DNA from: an uncultured Candidatus Actinomarina sp.
Lineage (GTDB): Bacteria; Actinomycetota; Acidimicrobiia; Actinomarinales; Actinomarinaceae
DNA length: 64,000 nt
Reading direction: 5' to 3'
Assembly: GCA_902599555.1 (NCBI GenBank)
Contig: CACKFQ010000001.1
Span: forward strand, 2,763-66,762
Shown here: positions 56,281 to 64,000 of the stretch, piece by piece
Position numbering within the stretch: position 1 is the stretch's first letter
Layout of the letters: every line of letters begins with the position of its first letter
Made by a program: the position numbers and the translations under genes
The notes under the pieces: model-generated
The model's database searches: none
Seen by the model: only the letters and a program-made list of their open reading frames with translations
What the model was told of the DNA's origin: nothing

Positions 56281-58190
56281 CCAAGATAGTGTCTGATTTT
56301 TTTTCCAATAGATTCAGCATTAACCTTGAAAAACTCTGCTAAATCATTTTCTGGTGCAGATTTGCCGAATGTCTGAACGCTAAAAGATTCTGTTATATTA
56401 CCAACATATTCTGACCATCCAGCAGCTTTACCTAACTCGATAGTAAAGGTCAATTTATTGCTATTTAATGACTCAGATATTTTAGGAGTCAGTTTATTTA
56501 GTATTGGTACGCTTACAACTTGAACTGAATATTCTTTAAGTGTTTCTTTTATTTCTAATGCTAAATTAACTTCAGAGCCTGATGCAAAAATAGTTAAATC
56601 TTCACCTTTGGAAATTATAAAGCCACCATTTAGAAAATCTGAATAATCGACATCGTAATCTAAAAATTTTAAATTTTGTCTTGTCAGCGATAGGACTTTA
56701 GGATTTTTTGTATTGGAAAATAAATATTTATACGCATAAATTGCTTCAACACTATTAGAAGGTCTAATAACATCTAGTCCAGGAATTAGCCTCAAAGACA
56801 TAAGGTGTTCTACTGGCTGATGTGTTGGGCCATCTTCTCCAAGATATATTGAATCATGAGTAAAAATATATGCAGAATTTAAATTCATCAATGAAGCTAG
56901 CCTGATGCTTGGACGCATGTAGTCTGAAAAAACTAAAAAAGTGGAACCGAAAGAAAATAAATTACTGTGAAGACTTATTCCATTAACTACTGCCGCCATA
57001 CTGTGCTCTCTAATTCCAAACTCTATATTTTGTCCATGTCTATTTTCACTTGTATATGATTCTTCACTAATTATTTGTTTAGTCGATGCTGCGAGATCAG
57101 CTGACCCTCCTAAAACAAATTTATTTTCTAAGCCAATTAACTTCAAATAATTACCGCCAGTAACGCGTGTAGCTGCTTCTTGAATTTCAAAACTTTCTGG
57201 AAAACTTAACTCATTTTTTTCAAATTGTTCCCATAATTTTTTAAATGAACCATCATTGTTTAATTTATTTTCTAAGTTTGATTTCCATTTTTCAAAAGAT
57301 TTATTGTCCTCTAGTCTCTTTTCTGCAAAATAATCATAAACATCATCACTGTGGTCGAAAGGATCGCCTTCCCAGCCAATTTCGTCAAAAAATAATTTCA
57401 TTTCTTCATTTCCTAGAGGAGCTCCGTGTATAGAGCTGGTATTTTGTTTATTTGGTGCGAATTTACCGATTGTGCTTTTTGCAATAATTATGGAGGGCTT
57501 GTTTGTTTCTACTTTTGATAAATCTATCGCATTTTTAATTTCAATTTCGTTATGCCCGTCAACTTCTAAAACTTGCCATCCAAAAGATTCAAATTTCTTC
57601 TTTTGATCCGTAATGGATACTTTATCAACATTGCCATCTATAGAAATATTGTTGTCATCAAATATATAAATCAGTTTTCCTAATTTCCATACACCTGCCA
57701 ATTCTGCAGCTTCAAATGAAATACCCTCCATCAAATCTCCGTCTGAGACTATTCCGTATACATAATGATCAATTATGTCTTTACCAAAAACTTCCGATAA
57801 ATAGGACTCAGCCAAAGCAAGCCCAACTCCTGTAGCAAATCCTTGTCCTAGAGGTCCTGTAGTTATGTCAATACCTAATGAGGTGTCAACCTCCGGATGT
57901 CCAGCAGTTTTTGAATCAAGTTGTCTAAATTGCTTAATGTCATCTATAGAAATATCAAAATTATTGAAATGAAGCAAACTATAAAGCAACATCGAACCAT
58001 GGCCAGCACTTAAAACAAATCTATCCCTATTGATCCAATCAGGTTGTTTATTTGAAACTTTTAAAACATTTTTAAATAAAACTGTACCTACTTCTGCCAT
58101 ACCCATAGGCATTCCTGGATGTCCAGAATTTGCTTTTTCAACAGCAGCTGCAGATATGACTCGAATTGATTTTGTTACTTTATCAAACAT
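56277..58190 (-). CDS. tkt: Transketolase
   Basis: SGHPG.PMG, RDRFVLSAGHGS, TTGPLGQG, DGDLMEG, FGIREH, THDS...GEDGPTHQP. Confidence 0.97.
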   Translation of the reverse strand: MFDKVTKSIRVISAAAVEKANSGHPGMPMGMAEVGTVLFKNVLKVSNKQPDWINRDRFVLSAGHGSMLLYSLLHFNNFDISIDDIKQFRQLDSKTAGHPEVDTSLGIDITTGPLGQGFATGVGLALAESYLSEVFGKDIIDHYVYGIVSDGDLMEGISFEAAELAGVWKLGKLIYIFDDNNISIDGNVDKVSITDQKKKFESFGWQVLEVDGHNEIEIKNAIDLSKVETNKPSIIIAKSTIGKFAPNKQNTSSIHGAPLGNEEMKLFFDEIGWEGDPFDHSDDVYDYFAEKRLEDNKSFEKWKSNLENKLNNDGSFKKLWEQFEKNELSFPESFEIQEAATRVTGGNYLKLIGLENKFVLGGSADLAASTKQIISEESYTSENRHGQNIEFGIREHSMAAVVNGISLHSNLFSFGSTFLVFSDYMRPSIRLASLMNLNSAYIFTHDSIYLGEDGPTHQPVEHLMSLRLIPGLDVIRPSNSVEAIYAYKYLFSNTKNPKVLSLTRQNLKFLDYDVDYSDFLNGGFIISKGEDLTIFASGSEVNLALEIKETLKEYSVQVVSVPILNKLTPKISESLNSNKLTFTIELGKAAGWSEYVGNITESFSVQTFGKSAPENDLAEFFKVNAESIGKKIRHYLG

Positions 58191-58210
58191 TGATTTAAGT
58201 ATATAAGAAT

Positions 58211-59839
58211 CTATACAGACGCAAAGGAATCTTTTGCGTGGTAAGAAGATCTAACTAAAGGACCGGATTCTACATGCGGTATTCCGAAAGACTCTCCTAT
58301 AAGTTTATAATGTTCAAATTCTTCCTCCGGAGCGTATCTATCTATTGGGCGATGTTTTGCAGTAGGACGCAAATACTGCCCAATAGTCACAATATCAACA
58401 TCTAGTTTTGAAATATCTTTTAATACAGCTATTACTTCTTCCCTACTCTCCCCCATACCAACAATTAAACCTGTTTTTGTTTTTCCTTCAAACCCCTGAG
58501 ATTTTACATAATGCAATAAAGACAAGGATCTTCCATAAGATGCAGATGTTCGTATCTCTCTTTGCAGCCTTGGTACTGTTTCAAGATTATGATTGATTAC
58601 TTCTGGAGAGGATTCAATTATATTGTTAATTGCTATTCTGTCACCTTTAAAGTCTGGTATCAATACTTCTACATCACAACCATTGTTATATTTTTTGACT
58701 TCTCTTATTGTTTCTGCAAAAAATAAAGAACCGCCATCGTTTAAATCATCTCTATTAACAGAAGTGATTACAGCATGTGAAAGTCCCATAGTATTAACAC
58801 TTTCAGCTACTCTTTTTGGTTCTTCCCAATCTAAACTTCCAGGCTTTCCAGTTTTTACGTCACAAAACCCACAAGCCCTAGTACAAACATCACCCATAAT
58901 CATAAATGTTGCAGTTCCCATAGACCAACATTCATATATATTAGGACATGATGCCTCTTCACAAACTGTGTTTAGCTTTTGTTCATTTAATAGATTTTTT
59001 AGAGATCTGTAATCATTTCCCAAATTAGCTTTAACCTTCATCCATTCGGGTCTTTTTGGCTCATTTGGTAAAACTCCTTTAATAGTTATTGGAATCCCTT
59101 TACTTGCCGGTTTAAAAACTCCCTCAGCAACCATTTTGTCAATGTTGAACTCTTTTTTTGACTTAAGTTGTTTTGGTGTAAATTGTGAAAATTGCTCATC
59201 AACTTCTTTATATTGAAATAACTTTGAGAAATTTTTAGACACTATATGTGAAACTTCCTCAAAAGAAACTTCACTATTAAAGTTTTGAATTGAGGTAATG
59301 TTTTCTGACTCATTTCCACAAGGATTTATGAGCTGGAACCCTTCTAATTTATCAAAAATATTTAATGAAAAACCATGATACGTTGTCCACTTACTAACTT
59401 TCACCCCTATTGAAGCAATCTTTCCCTTTTCAGTCCAAACCCCGGTGTCATCTTCTTTAGTAAATGAATCTATAGATAATTCTTTTAGAGAATCAATTAA
59501 AGTGTTCTCAATCAATCTCACAAATGGAACAACTTTTTTTGGATCTTCAAGTCTGATAATTGGATATCCAATCAATTGACCTTCTCCGTGAAAAGTAATA
59601 TCTCCACCTCTGTCCGTCTCGAAATAATCTATTTTCATTTCTTCTAAATGATCTAGTGAAACAAGTAAATTGCCTTCTTTTGATGTTCTTCCAGATGTGA
59701 TTACATTGTCATGTTCAAGTAGTAAAAGGTAGTCGTCATTTTCTGAGTTGTTTGATACAGATTTATGTAAACCTAGTTGTAAATCATAAGCTTCAGAATA
59801 TGGAAGTTTGCCAAGCCACCTTATATTTAATTTTCTCAA
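58211..59839 (-). CDS. lipA: Fused LipB (octanoyltransferase) - LipA (lipoyl synthase)
   Basis: N-terminal LEH..V.T.G, RGG.ITFHG.GQL.GYP, KIASIG, HGF.LN, PCG; C-terminal CEEASCPNI.EC, CTRACGFC, RSSY. Confidence 0.92.
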   Translation of the reverse strand: MRKLNIRWLGKLPYSEAYDLQLGLHKSVSNNSENDDYLLLLEHDNVITSGRTSKEGNLLVSLDHLEEMKIDYFETDRGGDITFHGEGQLIGYPIIRLEDPKKVVPFVRLIENTLIDSLKELSIDSFTKEDDTGVWTEKGKIASIGVKVSKWTTYHGFSLNIFDKLEGFQLINPCGNESENITSIQNFNSEVSFEEVSHIVSKNFSKLFQYKEVDEQFSQFTPKQLKSKKEFNIDKMVAEGVFKPASKGIPITIKGVLPNEPKRPEWMKVKANLGNDYRSLKNLLNEQKLNTVCEEASCPNIYECWSMGTATFMIMGDVCTRACGFCDVKTGKPGSLDWEEPKRVAESVNTMGLSHAVITSVNRDDLNDGGSLFFAETIREVKKYNNGCDVEVLIPDFKGDRIAINNIIESSPEVINHNLETVPRLQREIRTSASYGRSLSLLHYVKSQGFEGKTKTGLIVGMGESREEVIAVLKDISKLDVDIVTIGQYLRPTAKHRPIDRYAPEEEFEHYKLIGESFGIPHVESGPLVRSSYHAKDSFASV

Positions 59840-59840
59840 A

Positions 59841-61118
59841 CTAGTTTAATTCCTGTGACCAGTCAGAGTTTTCTAATTTCTCTCTTATGGAATTTAAGAA
59901 TAACAATGCAACCGATCCGTCAAAAGCTCTGTGATCCCAGGTCAAACTTAACATTCCGGTATGCCTAATAGCTATAGAATCAGTACCATCCTGTGCTTCA
60001 ATAACTACTGGTCTTTTTTTAACTGACTCAGTAGACAATATTGCTACGTTTGGTTGATTAATTATTGGAGAAGTTAAGAATGAATTGAATGAACCATTGT
60101 TAGAGATGGTAAATGTACTTCCAGAAACATCATCCAAATCATAAGATCCCTCTCTTAACTTTGATGATGTATCTGATATTTTTCTTGCTAAGCCTTTCAA
60201 GCTAAATGAATCTGCTTCTCGAAGAGTTCCAACTAATAAACCCTCTTGATTAAGGTCAACAGCTATACCTAAATTAATATTGCTGTGAAAACTGTGGATA
60301 TTTTTATCAAGATCGAATGAACTATTTACTACGGGATACTCTCTTAAGGCATATATTGTAGCTAGAGATATAAAAGGAAGATAAGTTAAAGAAAAACCAT
60401 TCTCTTCTTTAAATGATTTTTTGTGTTTACTTCTTAGTATTTCAACATTTTCATAATCAACTTCGACAGAAGTCATTACATGGGCAGAAGTCTGTTTTGA
60501 CATAACCATATTCTCTGCAATTCTTCTTCTTAATCTAGAAATTTCACCACTTGAAGTATTAGCAGGTTGTGCTTGCTTCTCTTTTTGTTGGCTTGATACT
60601 TCTTTTGGTTTTTGAACAGTTTTACTTCCAGAAGTTATAAAACTCTCAATATCTTTTCTTGTAATCCTTCCACCTGATCCAGTACCTGTAACTTGCTCAA
60701 GGTCTACATTGTTTTCAGATGCCAATTTTCTAACAACAGGTGATAGCTTTAAATTAGTACTTTTAGCGACTGGTGAAGATTCCACTTCAACAATTTCTTC
60801 AACTTCTACAACTTCTTCCACTGGCTCATTGACAGTCTCTGCTTCATTTGATGCTTCTTCGCTAACAGAGCTACTATTTGAATCTCCATCAAGCTCTAAA
60901 AGAGATGCACCAACTTCAACTGTCTCACCTTCTTCAACTAGAAGAGATGTGACCTGGCCAGTAAATGGAGATGGAACTTCAGTATCAACTTTATCGGTTG
61001 ATATTTCTAAAATAGGATCATCTTCTTTTACTTCATCACCAACTTGAACAAGCCAGCGAAGTATTGTTCCTTCAGTTACCGTTTCGCCCAATTGGGGCAT
61101 AGTTACAATTTGACTCAT
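59841..61118 (-). CDS. 2-oxoacid dehydrogenase E2 (dihydrolipoamide acyltransferase)
   Basis: Lipoyl domain MPQLGETV.EG..ISTDKV.TE; E3-binding SP.VRKLA.E; catalytic DHRAFDG. Confidence 0.95.
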   Translation of the reverse strand: MSQIVTMPQLGETVTEGTILRWLVQVGDEVKEDDPILEISTDKVDTEVPSPFTGQVTSLLVEEGETVEVGASLLELDGDSNSSSVSEEASNEAETVNEPVEEVVEVEEIVEVESSPVAKSTNLKLSPVVRKLASENNVDLEQVTGTGSGGRITRKDIESFITSGSKTVQKPKEVSSQQKEKQAQPANTSSGEISRLRRRIAENMVMSKQTSAHVMTSVEVDYENVEILRSKHKKSFKEENGFSLTYLPFISLATIYALREYPVVNSSFDLDKNIHSFHSNINLGIAVDLNQEGLLVGTLREADSFSLKGLARKISDTSSKLREGSYDLDDVSGSTFTISNNGSFNSFLTSPIINQPNVAILSTESVKKRPVVIEAQDGTDSIAIRHTGMLSLTWDHRAFDGSVALLFLNSIREKLENSDWSQELN

Positions 61119-61122
61119 AGTT

Positions 61123-63129
61123 TTATTGTAATTCTTTTATAGCTTTTATGACTTTTTCAGCACTCGGTATAAAAGCATCCTCAAGCACAGGAGCAAAAGG
61201 AATATGAGTATTTGGAGGTGTAACTTTAACAATTGGATTGTCTAAGTTCCAAAAACCTTTTTCAGCTACCATAGATGAAATTTCAGATGCTACTGATGAG
61301 AAAGGAACATCCTCTTGTAAAATGCACAAATTTGATGTTTTTTCAACAGATTGAAGAATAATTTCTTCATCAAGTGGAACAATTGTTCTAATGTCAACAA
61401 TCTCAACAGAAATGCCTTCCTTTTCTAATTCTTGAGCAGATTGTTCTGCTACTGATACCATTCCTGACCATGTAACAATTGTTATGTCTGATCCTTCTTT
61501 GACTATTTTTCCCTTACCTATTTCCACTTCGTATAGTCCAAGCGGCACATCCATTTTTATGTCAGGTTTTCTGTATAGTTTTTTATGCTCTAAATACATA
61601 ACTGGGTTTGGATCATTCACAGCTGCTATCAAAAGTCCTTTTGCATCATATGGATTAGATGGAGCAACTACTTTAATTCCAGGATGATGAGCTAACAATG
61701 ATTCAGGACTTATTGAGTGAAATGGACCAGATCTTGTACCTGCTCCTGTTGGACCCCTAACAACCATTGGGACAGATTTTCCAGCTTTCCAATGATATTT
61801 TGCAGCTTCGGTTGTTATCTGATCAAGTGCTGGATATACAAAATCATAAAACTGTAATTCAACTATCGGCTTCTTACCAGCAAGAGCTGCTCCAACTGCT
61901 GCCCCGGTAAAACCGCCCTCTGAAATTGATGTATCTATAACTCTGAACGGTCCATATTTATCAAAAAGACCTTTTGTTGCTTTAAACGCACCTTCAAAAA
62001 CTCCAATATCTTCACCCATCATAAAAACGTTTTCATCATTTTCCATCAACTCATCTAATCCATTAGTAATTGCTTCAATGTAGTTCATTGTTTTTTTATT
62101 ATCTTCACTATTCTCAATTTTTGGAGTAGTTCTTAATGCAAAAATATCTGCTTCCTCATTTTTTGGATAAGGATCATCTTGATTTTTTGCCCAATCTAAA
62201 GTGTCTTTTATTTCGGTTTCTAACTCATCTGTTAAATTTACAAAATGTTCAGTTGTGAATAATCCTTCCTCTAACAATGCATTCTCAAATCTTGCAATGG
62301 GATCTCTTTTCATCCAAAAATCTCTTACTTCATCATTTACGTATTCAGCTGGATCATGTCCTGCGTGACCATAATGACGAAAGGTGACTAATTCAATTAA
62401 TGAAGGTCCGTTACCATTCCTAGCTTCTTCACACGAATCATGAATTGCATCTATTACTTCATATATGTCATTTCCATCAATAATCTTTGCTGGAATTCCA
62501 TACCCCGCAGCTCGATCAGCTACATTAGGTGTACCGAATTCAGTATCGTTTGGTGATGAGTAAGCAAACTGATTATTTTGAACTGTAAAAACTATAGGTA
62601 GATTAAGCACAGCTGCCATATTTACACTTTCGTGCCAAGTACCCGTTGCCGTAGCTCCTTCACCACAGTTTGCAACTGCAACCACTCCGGAACCACTTTG
62701 TTGAGATGCTAAAGCCCAACCAACTGCTACAGGTGCTGAGTCAGGGAGCGGAGAAACAACCATCAAAGTACCTTTATCAACAACACCAAAGTGGCTATTT
62801 CCATCTCGACCTTTAGAAGGACCATCGTTTTTTCCAAAGAAATTTAATGCAATTTCCTTAAGAGTTACCCCTTTTTTAATTTGAACACCAAGATCTCTGT
62901 GTGTTCCGCCGAATATATCTTTTGAATCCATACCAGCAGCAATACCCGCCATACATGCTTCTTGGCCAATTCCCGGATAAACTGCGCCACTTAACTGTCC
63001 GCCTTTGTACATTTTTAACAATCTATCCTCTAATAATCTTTGTGTTTTCATAGATTTGTAGATATCCCACAAAACTTCTTTTGAAAGTGTTGCTGAATAG
63101 CCTTGCCTAGTTATTTTTTCAATTTGCAT
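61123..63129 (-). CDS. 2-oxoacid dehydrogenase E1, fused alpha+beta (branched-chain/pyruvate type)
   Basis: GQEA, GEGA (TPP motif variant)..N, R.YGHAGHD; beta part GEDIG..EG.F, DT.ISE, E.QF.DF, HS.S.E, EHK.LY; ATG 63129 just after the lpd stop. Confidence 0.92.
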   Translation of the reverse strand: MQIEKITRQGYSATLSKEVLWDIYKSMKTQRLLEDRLLKMYKGGQLSGAVYPGIGQEACMAGIAAGMDSKDIFGGTHRDLGVQIKKGVTLKEIALNFFGKNDGPSKGRDGNSHFGVVDKGTLMVVSPLPDSAPVAVGWALASQQSGSGVVAVANCGEGATATGTWHESVNMAAVLNLPIVFTVQNNQFAYSSPNDTEFGTPNVADRAAGYGIPAKIIDGNDIYEVIDAIHDSCEEARNGNGPSLIELVTFRHYGHAGHDPAEYVNDEVRDFWMKRDPIARFENALLEEGLFTTEHFVNLTDELETEIKDTLDWAKNQDDPYPKNEEADIFALRTTPKIENSEDNKKTMNYIEAITNGLDELMENDENVFMMGEDIGVFEGAFKATKGLFDKYGPFRVIDTSISEGGFTGAAVGAALAGKKPIVELQFYDFVYPALDQITTEAAKYHWKAGKSVPMVVRGPTGAGTRSGPFHSISPESLLAHHPGIKVVAPSNPYDAKGLLIAAVNDPNPVMYLEHKKLYRKPDIKMDVPLGLYEVEIGKGKIVKEGSDITIVTWSGMVSVAEQSAQELEKEGISVEIVDIRTIVPLDEEIILQSVEKTSNLCILQEDVPFSSVASEISSMVAEKGFWNLDNPIVKVTPPNTHIPFAPVLEDAFIPSAEKVIKAIKELQ

Positions 63130-63130
63130 A

Positions 63131-64000
63131 TTAATGTAACCCCCTACCACTTAAACTCATTAATGATTCGCCAATTGCTTCACTCAAAGTTGGATGTGCA
63201 TGTATAAATTCTGATGCTTCATCTGGAAGCGCTTCCCAGCCAACCATATACATTAATTCATGTATCATTTCACCAGCTGCTGGTCCACATACACTTGCTC
63301 CTACTATAGGACCGTTTTCTTCTGAGTAAACCTTTACTAGTCCCTGATTTTGATTTTGAATCATAGCTCTGCCTATACCAGCAAAGCCATGTTGCGATTG
63401 ATTAATTTTCATTCCAAGCTCTTTTGCTTTTTCTGAGTTTACACCTACTTCTGCAAGCTCTGGCCTTGTGTAAACAACATAAGGTATAGCGTTGTAATTA
63501 ACCGCCTTATTCTCACCTGTCGCAATATGAGTTATAGAACTTACTGCTTCTGCAAAAGCAACGTGTGCCAATTGTGGAGTGCCCTCAACAATATCACCAA
63601 GTGCATATATATTTTCTATCTCAGTTTGTAAAGTTTCTAGGTTAGTTTGCACAAATCCTTTATTAACTTTTATACCCACTTCTTCAAGTCCAATGTTTTG
63701 GGTTAGTGGCTCTCTTCCTACAGCAACTAAAACACAGTCAAAGTTATCACTTTCTTCGTCAGAAAAGGTCACTTTTTTATCAGTAATTGATTCAACAGAT
63801 GTGCCTAATTTAAAATTTACTCCTCTTTTAGAAAGTTGTTTTCTTAGTTCACCAGATGTTCTTTTATCTAAGCCAGGTAATATTTCACTGGCTAGCTCAA
63901 CAACTACAACATCAGAATCTAAGTCATTTAAGAGGCTTGCAAATTCGCAACCAATAGCACCTGCTCCTATGACACAGACTTTCTTTGGTGGCTTCTCCCA
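63131..64000 (-). CDS. lpdA: Dihydrolipoamide dehydrogenase, partial (5' end outside window)
   Basis: VIGAGAIGCEFAS, AVGR.P, A.GD, LAH.A..E, PE.A.VG, HAHPTLSE; frame is open to the window edge. Confidence 0.95.
   Translation of the reverse strand, partial: WEKPPKKVCVIGAGAIGCEFASLLNDLDSDVVVVELASEILPGLDKRTSGELRKQLSKRGVNFKLGTSVESITDKKVTFSDEESDNFDCVLVAVGREPLTQNIGLEEVGIKVNKGFVQTNLETLQTEIENIYALGDIVEGTPQLAHVAFAEAVSSITHIATGENKAVNYNAIPYVVYTRPELAEVGVNSEKAKELGMKINQSQHGFAGIGRAMIQNQNQGLVKVYSEENGPIVGASVCGPAAGEMIHELMYMVGWEALPDEASEFIHAHPTLSEAIGESLMSLSGRGLH

Noticed and set aside
4369-61687. Numerous 60-120 aa ORFs nested antisense or out of frame in well-supported genes (e.g. 4369..4701, 6169..6387, 10522..10809, 33971..34255, 44070..44411, 55449..55808, 58593..59012, 60709..61047)
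   Set aside because: They have no recognisable motifs, show Ser/Ile/Phe-rich antisense composition and lie fully inside conserved genes.

Overview
AT-rich, very densely packed bacterial chromosome segment with intergenic gaps mostly under 60 bp and many overlapping genes. WhiB1, a DUF3152-like protein, F420 genes (cofD/cofE, PPOX-class protein) and conserved actinobacterial gene orders point to a streamlined low-GC actinobacterium, most plausibly Ca. Actinomarina/Acidimicrobiia (inference). Most of the window is housekeeping: thrC-hom; prs-glmU-tRNA-Gln-ispE-rsmA-tatD-rsmI; tmRNA and smpB; ftsEX-M23-prfB-secA-ahcY; mannose/envelope glycosylation; cofDE; prpCD; PBP1A; pepA; tkt; and a 2-oxoacid dehydrogenase/lipoate operon. 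Several features are missed by the ORF track. (1) An AhpD-like gene (20865..21437) has an in-frame UGA at the second Cys of its CxxC motif, followed by a SECIS-like hairpin, making it a candidate selenoprotein and the strongest lead. (2) A >1400-aa secreted Ser/Thr-rich protein built from ~100-aa two-Cys repeats runs off the left edge. (3) prfB carries the programmed +1 frameshift. (4) An abrB-like gene is broken by a 1-nt deletion. (5) tmRNA and tRNA-Gln are present. (6) A perfect CRP-type palindrome lies between whiB1 and a glycerophosphodiesterase gene. No integrase, transposase or CRISPR array was seen. No database searches were run; family names come from motif recognition.
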